DNA from: Candidatus Aenigmatarchaeota archaeon
GTDB taxonomy: Archaea; Aenigmatarchaeota; Aenigmatarchaeia; CG10238-14; SpSt-28
Reading direction: 5' to 3'
Length of the DNA stretch: 34,026 bases
NCBI GenBank assembly: GCA_032249395.1
Contig: JAVVFY010000009.1
Location: forward strand, 1-34,026
A model generated the notes under the pieces. The model was not told the DNA's origin, searched no databases, and was given only the letters and a program-made list of their open reading frames with translations. Shown here one piece after another: positions 18,561-27,594 of the stretch (position 1 is the stretch's first letter; each line of letters starts with the position of its first letter). The translations under genes and the position numbers were made by a program.

Positions 18561-21281
18561 ATGATTAAAAAAATAAAAGTTACAAAGGAAAGAGACAATA
18601 AAAAAATATTGAAAACTTTAAAGCCTTATGTAGCTTATTGGTTAGAGAAAAATTTCAAAACTTTAACTTTGCCTCAGCAATACGCTATTCCTTTAATAAA
18701 AAATGGTAAAAACGTTTTGATAACAGCACCGACTGGAAGCGGAAAGACTTTGGCAGCTTTTTGTTCAATAATAGATGAGCTATTTTCTTTGGCTGAAGAA
18801 AAGAAGCTAGAAAATAAAGTTTATTGCATATACATAAGTCCTCTTAGAGCACTAGATAACGATATTAAAAGAAACCTTTTGATACCTTTAACAGAAATTC
18901 CGAAAATTGCAAAAGAAAATTTTAATGTGGAATTAGAAGAAATAAGAGTCGGAATTAGAACTGGAGATACCTTACCGAGCGAAAAGCAAAAACAACTTTT
19001 AAAACCACCTCACATACTGATAACTACACCAGAATCAATTGCAATAATTTTGACAACAAAGAAATTCAAAGAAAAATTGAAAGATGTAAAATGGGTAATA
19101 ATAGATGAGATTCATGAGTTAGCGGATTCTAAAAGAGGAGTTCATTTAAGCTTGAGTCTAGAAAGACTGGAAAATTTTGTTGGTAGAAAAATTCAGAGAA
19201 TTGGAATGGGTGCAACTCTCGAACCGCTTGAGGAAGCTGCAAAGTTTTTGGTTGGAATGGAAAATGGAAAACCAAGAGAGTGTTATATTATAGATGCAAG
19301 ATTCGTTAAGCCAATTGATATTAAAGTTTTAATCCCAACTAAAGATTTGGTTTATAGCAGTGCAGAAGAGATAAATAAAAATCTTTATGAACTCCTAGAT
19401 GATTTAATTTCTACGCACAGAACAACTCTTGTTTTTACTAATACGAGAAGCGGGGCAGAAAGGGTTCATTTTCATCTGAAGCAAATGTTCCCAAGCAAGT
19501 ATTTGGATGAAGTTACTGGCGTACATCATTCAAGCGTAAGTAGAGATATAAGGTTCGAGGTTGAAGAAAAGTTGAAAAGAGGAGAATTGAAAGTGGTAAT
19601 TTCATCAACCTCTTTGGAACTTGGTTTGGACATTGGCTATATTGACTTAGTGGCACAAATCGGTTCTCCAAAAAGCGTTTCAAGGTTGATGCAAAGAATA
19701 GGAAGAGCTGGCCACTCTTTAAAAGAAGTTTCAAAAGGCAGAGTCATTTGTTTGGATAGAGATGATTTAATAGAATGTTTAGTTATGGTAAAAAAATGCT
19801 ACGAGTATTGGTTGGACAAATTTACTATGCCAAAAAATTGCTTAGATGTTTTAGCTCAACATTTACTCGGAATGGCAATAGAAAAAAAGTGGAATGTAAA
19901 AGAAGCTTTTGAAGTTGTAAGGAGAGCTTATCCATTCTCGACTTTAAAATTCGAAACCTTTGTTAGAGTTTTGGAATATCTAGCTGGTAAATATCATACG
20001 CTTAAAGACTATAAAGTTTATGGAAAGATCTGGTTTGACGAAAAAGATATGATGTTTGGAAGAAGAGGAAAGTATGCAAGAGTTATTTATTCTTTGAACG
20101 TTGGGACTATTCCAGATGAGGTCAAAATAAAAGTTAAGAGTTTAGATGGAAAATTCATTGGTTTTATAGAAGAAGGTTTTCTAGAAAGGCTAACAAAAGG
20201 AGACATTTTTGTTCTAGGAGGTAAAACTTACGAGTTTGTGAAAGCTAAGAAAAGCACAGCCTTTGTTTTACCTGTAAAAGAAAAAAGGCCAACGATTCCA
20301 AGTTGGTTTTCTGAGCAATTGCCTTTATCTTTCGATTTAGCCTTAGAAGTTGCAAGATTTAGAGAAAGAATAATGAAAGAAATTGAAAGAAAGAGTAAGA
20401 GAGAAGTTATCGAATTTTTGAAAAAGGAGTATTTAGCTAATGAAGATGTTGCTAGAAATGTTTATGATTATTTGAAACTAGAATTAGAGTTTTTAAGAAA
20501 GTTCAAAGCCAAAAGGTTGCCTAGTGATAAGGTTATTTTGGTTGAGAATTTTATAGATGAAGAAAACAATCAAAATATAGTTTTCCATACTTTATTTGGT
20601 AGAAGGGTTAATGATGCTTTAAGCCGAGTGTTTGCTTATGCGTTAATGAAAAAAATTGAAAGAAGTGTTAGGGTTAGTATTAGCGACAACGGGTTTATTC
20701 TTACAATACCTCCAGAGATTATACAAGAAAGATTTTATTCTTTGTTAGAAATCAAAAAAATTAGTAAAGAGAATAGAATAGATCCAAAGGAATTAGTCAA
20801 GCTAGTTAACACAAAAAACTTCGAAGAGTTGTTAGTTAAATCGTTGGAAAACACAGAACTTATAAAGAGAAAATTTAGACATGTAGCAAATCGTTCTCTA
20901 ATGATTTTAAGAAATTACAAAGGACATGAAATAAGCGTAGAAAAACAGCAAATGAGTGCAGAAAGGTTGATAAGGATTGTAAAAAAAATTAAGGGATTTC
21001 CTGTGTTGGAAGAGACTTACAGAGAGATATTGCAAGATTTTATGGATGTAGAAAATGCAAAAATGATAATTGAAAAAATTGAAAAAGGTGAAATAAAATA
21101 TGAATTTTTACCATTGTTAGATTTACCATCACCTTTCGCCCATAATTTGTTTGCTATTAGCGAAAGCGATGTAGTTCTAATGGAAGATAGAAAAAAGCTA
21201 TTGTTGAAGCTTCATGAAAAAATAGTTAAAAAGTTAGGAATAAAACAAATATATGAAACCAAACATAGGAGCCGGCGATAA
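18561..21281 (+). CDS. lhr: ATP-dependent helicase Lhr (archaeal Lhr-core)
   Basis: APTGSGKT, ISPLRAL, RTGDT, ITTPES, DEIH, SLELGLD, QRIGRAGH and GTIPDE motifs; ATG at 18561 preferred over the overlapping TTG at 18516. Confidence 0.92.
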   Translation: MIKKIKVTKERDNKKILKTLKPYVAYWLEKNFKTLTLPQQYAIPLIKNGKNVLITAPTGSGKTLAAFCSIIDELFSLAEEKKLENKVYCIYISPLRALDNDIKRNLLIPLTEIPKIAKENFNVELEEIRVGIRTGDTLPSEKQKQLLKPPHILITTPESIAIILTTKKFKEKLKDVKWVIIDEIHELADSKRGVHLSLSLERLENFVGRKIQRIGMGATLEPLEEAAKFLVGMENGKPRECYIIDARFVKPIDIKVLIPTKDLVYSSAEEINKNLYELLDDLISTHRTTLVFTNTRSGAERVHFHLKQMFPSKYLDEVTGVHHSSVSRDIRFEVEEKLKRGELKVVISSTSLELGLDIGYIDLVAQIGSPKSVSRLMQRIGRAGHSLKEVSKGRVICLDRDDLIECLVMVKKCYEYWLDKFTMPKNCLDVLAQHLLGMAIEKKWNVKEAFEVVRRAYPFSTLKFETFVRVLEYLAGKYHTLKDYKVYGKIWFDEKDMMFGRRGKYARVIYSLNVGTIPDEVKIKVKSLDGKFIGFIEEGFLERLTKGDIFVLGGKTYEFVKAKKSTAFVLPVKEKRPTIPSWFSEQLPLSFDLALEVARFRERIMKEIERKSKREVIEFLKKEYLANEDVARNVYDYLKLELEFLRKFKAKRLPSDKVILVENFIDEENNQNIVFHTLFGRRVNDALSRVFAYALMKKIERSVRVSISDNGFILTIPPEIIQERFYSLLEIKKISKENRIDPKELVKLVNTKNFEELLVKSLENTELIKRKFRHVANRSLMILRNYKGHEISVEKQQMSAERLIRIVKKIKGFPVLEETYREILQDFMDVENAKMIIEKIEKGEIKYEFLPLLDLPSPFAHNLFAISESDVVLMEDRKKLLLKLHEKIVKKLGIKQIYETKHRSRR

Positions 21282-21807
21282 AGGCAAGACTAATATAATA
21301 GGATGTTGTTTGGATAAAACTTCTCCTATTATCTCTCTTTTAGGTCATCTAGATGAATTAAACAGCTATATCGGGTTTTCAAGAAGTTTATTAGCTAGAG
21401 AGGGTGAAAAACTAAATATAGATGATTTGGACAAAATAATGAAAGAAATACAAAGCCACATATTTTTGATAAGTTCTGAATTAGCAGGAGCTAAATTAAA
21501 AGAAGTTGTTGGGGAGAAAGAAGTTAAGTGGCTTGAAGATACTATTAGAAAGTTAGAAGCAGAGTTAGAACCTATAAGTCACTTTGTTTATACTTCAGGA
21601 AGTATGGCTTCGGCCTCTCTGCAGGTAGCTAGAGCTGTTTGTAGAAGAGTGGAGATAAAGGTTTTTAGATTCTCTAAAAAAGAAAGAATAGTTAGAAATG
21701 AAATTCTTTCCTATTTGAATAGACTTTCTGACGTTCTTTTCACCTTAGCAAGAGTGGTAAACAAAAGAATGGGATTTAAAGAAGAGTTATGGAAAGTTCA
21801 GAATTAA
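21253..21807 (+). CDS. ATP:cob(I)alamin adenosyltransferase, PduO type
   Basis: GDKGKT, G.LDELNSYIG, ARAVCRR.E and YLNRLSD.LF.LAR motifs. Confidence 0.88.
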   Translation: MKPNIGAGDKGKTNIIGCCLDKTSPIISLLGHLDELNSYIGFSRSLLAREGEKLNIDDLDKIMKEIQSHIFLISSELAGAKLKEVVGEKEVKWLEDTIRKLEAELEPISHFVYTSGSMASASLQVARAVCRRVEIKVFRFSKKERIVRNEILSYLNRLSDVLFTLARVVNKRMGFKEELWKVQN

Positions 21808-21875
21808 ATATATTCTCTACTATACAAAACTTTTTAAATTAAAGAATTAACTTTTATTACTTTTGCTGTGATGTT

Positions 21876-24467
21876 ATGATTGAATTGATTAGAAAGAGAG
21901 ATGGTAGAATTGTAAAATTTAATAAAAATAAGATTACTGAAGCTATTTGGAAAGCGATACAAGCTGTTGGTGGTAAAGATAGGAATTTAGCAGAAAGTTT
22001 AGCTAATGAAGTTGTTTTACTTCTTGAGCAACAATTAAAACCTGGTGAAATTCCTCACGTGGAGCAAGTACAAGATTTAGTAGAGAAAGTTTTAGTAAAG
22101 AGCGGTAATTATGAAGTTGCTAAAGCGTATATAACTTACAGAAAAAAGAAAGAAGAAATTAGAAATGAAAAAATAGCAATACTGCAAGGATTTTACGAGG
22201 AAGAAATTGCAAAAAAATTCTCTTTGAATGCCTTGAGGCTAATGGCTAGTAGATATTTGCTTAAGAATGAAGAAGGAAAATTAATAGAAGGACCGAAACA
22301 AATGTTCGAAAGAGTAGCGATGCTTGTTGTTATTCCAGATTTGCTCTACGACTCCAGAGTTTTTGATAAAGACGGAAAACAAGAGGTCAAGCCTTTTGAA
22401 AATTTCGAACCAGAGAAATATGAAGGAAAGATAGGATTTAAAACAGAAAACGGATTTTTAGCCTGGAATAAACACCATCTCGAAAGAATGAAAAGTCTAT
22501 ACGATGAACTGAACTCTCAAGGTAAGATGAAAGTCAGTTGGAGTGATTTCTTGAAAATGTTGGAAAATGGAGAATTCCAAGAATATTACAAAAACTTCAG
22601 AGAATATTTTGATTTGATGGTTAGCAAAAGATTCTTGCCAAATTCTCCAACTCTTTTCAATGCCGGCGCAAGATTGGGACAATTAAGTGCTTGTTTTGTT
22701 ATAGGCATTGAAGACGATATGGGAAGTATAATGGATGCTGCTAAGGATGCAGCTCTGATTTTCAAGTCTGGCGGCGGAATAGGAATAAATTACTCAAAAC
22801 TTAGGCCGGGAGGAGATATAGTAGCTAGTACTAGTGGTGTGGCGAGCGGCCCCGTTTCTTTCATGAGAATTATTGATGTTGTTACTGATGTGGTAAAGCA
22901 AGGAGGAAAGAGAAGAGGAGCCAATATGGGAATTTTAGAGAGTTGGCATCCAGATATTCTAAAATTCATTCATGCGAAAGAAAAAGAAGGCCAATTTGAA
23001 AATTTCAATATTTCTGTAATGTTGGATGAGAATTTCTGGAGATGTTATGAGAATAATGAAAAATATCCTCTAATAAACCCTAGAAACGGAAAGGTTGTTG
23101 ATTATATTGATCCAAAATTCTTGTTGAACGAAATTGCAACCCTAGCTTGGAGGACTGCCGATCCAGGTGTTTTGTTTTTGGATAACATAAACAAAAGAAA
23201 TGTACAAAAAGAAAGTAGAGGGTTGATAAGGGCGACTAACCCTTGCGGTGAACAGCCTCTATATGAATATGAGTCTTGCAATCTTGGTTCGATAAATCTT
23301 TATGCAATGATAAAGTTTGATGAAAATGGAAATGCTTACTTTGATTGGGAAGATTACAAAAAAACGATAGAAGTTGCATACAGATTTTTAGATAATGTTA
23401 TAGATGTTAACAAATACCCAATAGAAAAAATTGATAAAGCTAGTAAAAACGTTAGAAGAATTGGTTTGGGTTACATGGGATTAGCTGACGCTATGTTTGC
23501 ATTAAGAATTCCTTACAATTCTGAAGAAGGTTTTGAATTCATAGGGAAAGTTACAGAATTTTTAACTTACTATGCTATGTATTATTCTGTTGAAAGAGCT
23601 AAAGAAAGAGGAGTATTTCCATTATACGAGCAAACTAGTTATAAAAAAGGAGAAATGCCAATAGAGGGATTTTACCATAAGGAAATTTGGAGTTTAAATT
23701 GGGAAGAACTAAGGCAAAATATTTTGAAATATGGTATAAGAAATGTTGAAGTTACAAGTATTGCACCTACAGGAAGTATAAGCATGTTTTTTGACGTTTC
23801 TAGTGGAATAGAACCGCAATTCTCTTTAGTTTTTGAAAAAAGAGTGACCGTTGGAAGATTCTTTTATACAGACATAGAGTTAGAAAGACAATTAAAGAGG
23901 GAAGGATTGTACAACGAAACTATACTCAAGAAAATAGCAGAAAATGGAGGTAGTATACAAGGTATAGAAGAGATTCCAGAAAATTTGAGGAAAGTTTTTG
24001 TTACAGCCTTAGATATTCCATGGTGGGATCATGTAAGAGCTCAAGCCGTAGCTCAACTTTGGATAACAACTTCAATAAGCAAAACTATAAATATGCCATC
24101 TTTTGCTACAGTTGAAGATGTTTTAGAAGCTTACATTACAGCTTATAAAATGGGATGTAAAGGAATAACAATTTACAGAGAGGGCAGCAAATCAAAACAA
24201 GTACTATATACACCATCCCAATCAGAAGAAAAAAGAATAGTTGAAGTTTTAAGGTTAATCCAAAACGATACTTTAAAAATTATGAAGAAGCTTGGATTAA
24301 AAGAGCCAAGATGGATATCAGAATTAAAGAAAGGAGGGAAGATATCTAGGATGAATGAAAATAATAAAATAGAAAGATGTCAAAATTGTGAGTCTGAGAG
24401 ATTGATCTACCAATCTGGTTGTGTAACTTGTTTAGATTGTGGTTGGTCTGCCTGCTTAATATCCTAA
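21876..24467 (+). CDS. nrdJ: Adenosylcobalamin-dependent (class II) ribonucleotide reductase with N-terminal ATP cone
   Basis: ATP cone IRKRDGR, PNSPTLFNAG, QLSACF, QGGKRRGANM, TNPCGEQPL, CNLGSINL, IAPTG and C-terminal CxxC...CxxCGWSAC; adjacent to PduO with no nrdB in the window. Confidence 0.93.
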   Translation: MIELIRKRDGRIVKFNKNKITEAIWKAIQAVGGKDRNLAESLANEVVLLLEQQLKPGEIPHVEQVQDLVEKVLVKSGNYEVAKAYITYRKKKEEIRNEKIAILQGFYEEEIAKKFSLNALRLMASRYLLKNEEGKLIEGPKQMFERVAMLVVIPDLLYDSRVFDKDGKQEVKPFENFEPEKYEGKIGFKTENGFLAWNKHHLERMKSLYDELNSQGKMKVSWSDFLKMLENGEFQEYYKNFREYFDLMVSKRFLPNSPTLFNAGARLGQLSACFVIGIEDDMGSIMDAAKDAALIFKSGGGIGINYSKLRPGGDIVASTSGVASGPVSFMRIIDVVTDVVKQGGKRRGANMGILESWHPDILKFIHAKEKEGQFENFNISVMLDENFWRCYENNEKYPLINPRNGKVVDYIDPKFLLNEIATLAWRTADPGVLFLDNINKRNVQKESRGLIRATNPCGEQPLYEYESCNLGSINLYAMIKFDENGNAYFDWEDYKKTIEVAYRFLDNVIDVNKYPIEKIDKASKNVRRIGLGYMGLADAMFALRIPYNSEEGFEFIGKVTEFLTYYAMYYSVERAKERGVFPLYEQTSYKKGEMPIEGFYHKEIWSLNWEELRQNILKYGIRNVEVTSIAPTGSISMFFDVSSGIEPQFSLVFEKRVTVGRFFYTDIELERQLKREGLYNETILKKIAENGGSIQGIEEIPENLRKVFVTALDIPWWDHVRAQAVAQLWITTSISKTINMPSFATVEDVLEAYITAYKMGCKGITIYREGSKSKQVLYTPSQSEEKRIVEVLRLIQNDTLKIMKKLGLKEPRWISELKKGGKISRMNENNKIERCQNCESERLIYQSGCVTCLDCGWSACLIS

Positions 24468-24478
24468 TTCTTTTTAAT
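24468..24478 (+). promoter_or_regulatory. T-tract/TATA element between nrdJ and aIF5B (possible terminator and promoter)
   Basis: TTCTTTTTAAT directly after the nrdJ stop, with TTTTTAAT 21-28 nt before the aIF5B ATG at 24499. Confidence 0.45.
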
Positions 24479-24498
24479 TGAAAAATTATCTCAATTTA

Positions 24499-26261
24499 AT
24501 GAAAGAAGAAATTAGAAGCCCAATAGTAGTAACTGTTGGTCATGTCGATCATGGAATGCTTTAAGGTATAAAACCTTAAAGCCCAAAAAGACGACTTTGC
24601 TAGACTGTATTAGAGGTACTGCTGTTGCTAAACTAGAGCCTGGAGAACTAACACAACACATAGGTGCAAGTTTTATCACTAAAAAAGTGATTGAAGATTT
24701 ATCTAAAGATTTGTTAAAAAAGATGAAAATATCTATAGAAATTCCAGGTTTGCTTTTTATAGATACTCCGGGGCATGCGGCTTTCATTAGCATGAGAGAG
24801 AAAGGATGTAACGTGGCCGATTTAGCTATATTAGTAGTAGATGTTAATGAGGGTTTTCAAGAACAAACTTATGAAAGCTTAAAGATATTGAAAGAATATA
24901 AAGTTCCTTTTATTGTTGCTGCAACGAAAATAGATAAGATTCCTGGTTGGAGAGATCAAAAAACGACATCTTTTCTTGAAAGCATTTCTAAACAAAGCGA
25001 AGATGTTGTTGAAGAATTAGACAAAAAAATTTACATGATTGTTTCTTCTTTAGCTGAATATAACTTTGATAGCGAGAGATTTGACAGAGTTACAGATTTT
25101 ACTAAACAAATTGCAATAGTTCCTGTTAGCTCTATAACAAAAGAAGGAATAGCCGAATTGTTAGCCATATTAGCTGGTTTAGCAAAAAAGTTCTTAAAAG
25201 ATAGGATAAAATGTTCTGGTAAAACAAAAGGAATAATACTGGAAGTTAAGGAAGTTAAAGGTTTGGGACTAACTCTTGATATAATACTTTATGATGGTAA
25301 ATTATCAAGAGAAGATTACCTGATTATTGGTGGTAAAGAACCAATAGTTACTAAAGTTAAAGCTTTACTTTTGCCAAGGCCTTTACAGGAAATTAGGGTA
25401 GAGAAAAAATTTATTAATGTTGATGAAGTCAACGCAGCAGCAGGAGTGAAAGTCGTAGCTCAAAATTTAGAGAAAGCTATAGCAGGCATGCCAATAAGAG
25501 CGACTAAAGATGAAAAGGAGATTCCAAAGCTTGTAGAAGAAGTTAAAATAGAAAAGTATGTTGAATTTGAGAAAGACCCAAATGGAGTAATAATTAAGGC
25601 AGATACTGTTGGAAGTTTAGAAGCCATGGTTAAACTTTTGAAAGAAGCAAATATCCCAATAAGAAAAGCAGATATTGGAAGTATAAATAGGGAAGACTTT
25701 ATAGAAGGCGAGCTAATTCAAGATAAATATAGAAAGGTTATACTTGCCTTTAATATAAAAGTTGATGAAGAAACAATAAACGAAGCAAGAAACTTTGGGT
25801 TAAAAATATTTAGCTCCAATGTAATTTATAGAATAATCGATGAATATAAGAAATGGATGGAAGAAGAGAAAAGAAAGGAGATAGAAACTAAACTCGAAAT
25901 TTTACCAAGACCTGTAAAAATAAGAGTTATTCCTGGAGCGGTATTCAGGAATAGCAAACCTGCAATTTTTGGTGTTGATGTTGTGGAAGGAACTTTAAAA
26001 CCAGGAATAACTCTTAAAAGAGAAGGAAAGATAGTCGGAAAAGTAAAAGAAATTCAAAGCGAGGGTAGAACGATACAAAAAGCAATAAAAGGAGAAAGAG
26101 TTGCTATTAGTATAGAAGAAGCTGTCTTTGGAAGAAATGTTTTTGAAAACGATGTTCTAATAAGTGAGTTAAGTAGAGAGGAGGTAGAAAAATTAAAAGA
26201 AGTTATTGATTATTTGAGAGAAGATGAGAAAAAGCTATTGATGGAAATTATTGGAAGTTAA
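24499..26261 (+). CDS. infB: Translation initiation factor aIF5B (IF-2), split gene: exon 1 24499-24556, exon 2 24589-26261, 576 aa after splicing
   Basis: Exon 1 encodes MKEEIRSPIVVTVGHVDHG; the downstream frame reads KTTLLDCIRGT...TQHIGAS...DTPGH...TKID...KADTVGSLEA; joining restores GHVDHGKTT. Confidence 0.92.
24557..24588 (+). other. Putative 32-nt BHB-type intron in the aIF5B mRNA
   Basis: Perfect 10-bp hairpin GCTTTAAGGT/ACCTTAAAGC (24558-67/24573-82), 3-nt bulges AAT (24555-57) and AAA (24587-89), central helix ATGG/CCAA with one mismatch, and an exon-exon stem; contains an in-frame TAA at 24562. Confidence 0.8.
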
Positions 26262-26891
26262 TTTTTCTTTAAACAACTCTATAACTTCTTTGAATTTTTT
26301 TCTCCCTGGCATATATCCTATTGGTTTCTTTGGAGAGATGTAATAAAATAAGGAATTCTTAACAATAGTTAAATCACAATTCCTCGAAAACTCAACGTCA
26401 TTTGGGCCATCGGCAAAACAAATTTTTGGACCATCGTAATTTTTAGCTACTTCACTCTTTGTATTTGATGTAACAAATCTATATTGAGAAGATGCAATAA
26501 TTTCAATATTTATATTTCTTCCGTATTTCTTTTCTAATTCACTAAAGAATCCTCTAATTATTTTTTCTGAAGAAGAGCTAACTATTTTTACATCATAACT
26601 TCTATTTTCGGTTAACTTTATAATTAAATCCAATAAATTCTCATCAACGTATAAATATGCTCTCTTTTTCATTCTATTCAATATCTCATCACTCCTTTTG
26701 TCCTCTTCTAGAAGGAAATAGTAAATCAAGTATAATAGGTCTATATTTCTGTATCTAAGAGCATATTTTAGAAAGTTTGCTACTGAATAAACTAGATTCT
26801 TTATAAAAATATCTGGATTAAATAGATAGAAGTATGCAAGATTCACTAAAGTTTGTTCATAATCTACGAATACTCCAATTCTTCTACCCAT
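26235..26891 (-). CDS. Divergent HAD-superfamily hydrolase-like protein
   Basis: Start at ATG 26891 (MGRRIGVFVDYEQTL, degenerate DxDxT), motif II IVSSS, a candidate motif III Lys (TK) and motif IV ADGPND; 27-nt convergent overlap with aIF5B. Confidence 0.6.
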   Translation of the reverse strand: MGRRIGVFVDYEQTLVNLAYFYLFNPDIFIKNLVYSVANFLKYALRYRNIDLLYLIYYFLLEEDKRSDEILNRMKKRAYLYVDENLLDLIIKLTENRSYDVKIVSSSSEKIIRGFFSELEKKYGRNINIEIIASSQYRFVTSNTKSEVAKNYDGPKICFADGPNDVEFSRNCDLTIVKNSLFYYISPKKPIGYMPGRKKFKEVIELFKEKLTSNNFHQ

Positions 26892-27070
26892 AAAAAAGTT
26901 TAATAGTAAAAAATAAAAATATATTAAGTGGAAGTTTCGGTAACTTACATTTGTATAGAACATTTGAGTGAAAAAATCTTCAATTAATAATAAATAACTT
27001 GCTATCTAAACCATGAAAACTTTAATTAAACATATGTAATCAAGATAAAAATTTTTATCGAAATAAAATT

Positions 27071-27340
27071 TTATTTCTTCAGACTTTCGACAATAATTGT
27101 TTTTCCGCATTTGCTACACTTAAACTTTGGTCTCTTAAATTTTGTTGGGTCTGAAGCGAGCTTTTCTAAATCAATTTCCTTAATTTCATAAAACTCGCAA
27201 TAAGGACAAATGTATTCTACCAACGCTTTTTGACCGACTAACTTTCCAACGACAAGATTTTCTCTATTTGTAAAAAACTCAAAATCACTAACTTTCAAAC
27301 CTTGAGACAGCCATTCTTTCAATAATTTACTATCCTTCAT
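27071..27340 (-). CDS. Small zinc-finger protein
   Basis: CPYC...CSKC pair in an 89-aa ORF downstream of L40e. Confidence 0.7.
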   Translation of the reverse strand: MKDSKLLKEWLSQGLKVSDFEFFTNRENLVVGKLVGQKALVEYICPYCEFYEIKEIDLEKLASDPTKFKRPKFKCSKCGKTIIVESLKK

Positions 27341-27370
27341 TAAATTTAGTAGTTAAAGTTATTTAAAAAA

Positions 27371-27544
27371 TTAAACTGCAGGTTTTCTCTTTGGCCTTAA
27401 AGCTGTAGAACCACAGTGCCTACATTTAACTTTCTTTGCTCTAACTTTAGCAGGGTCTGCTCTCATCTTATGCTTACAAACTCTGCAAACGAAAACCCTA
27501 TCAAAAATTCTTTTAATCGCTTCTGGAGCAATCTTCTTAACCAT
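27371..27544 (-). CDS. rpl40e: 50S ribosomal protein L40e (missing from the ORF track)
   Basis: Manual translation MVKKIAPEAIKRIFDRVFVCRVCKHKMRADPAKVRAKKVKCRHCGSTALRPKRKPAV* (57 aa) with CxxC...CRxCG...LRPK signature. Confidence 0.88.
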   Translation of the reverse strand: MVKKIAPEAIKRIFDRVFVCRVCKHKMRADPAKVRAKKVKCRHCGSTALRPKRKPAV

Positions 27545-27594
27545 TACTTTATATTTTAGTTTAAAATTTAAAAGCTTGGTTTTGAACTAAAAAA

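Noticed and set aside
18561..24467. Inteins or further introns in lhr and nrdJ, which are common intein hosts
   Set aside because: Both frames are continuous, of normal length and lack C...HN-C/S/T splice motifs. I saw no convincing BHB hairpin, although in-frame micro-introns cannot be excluded without alignment.
24556..24590. Programmed ribosomal frameshift as the explanation for the IF2 break
   Set aside because: The upstream frame stops at 24562, before the A5 run at 24585-89, and any frameshift would leave about 10 extra residues inside the P-loop.
24597..26261. ORF-track call of a 554-aa IF2 starting at TTG 24597
   Set aside because: It would lack the G1 P-loop. The missing N-terminus is present at 24499-24556 in another frame.
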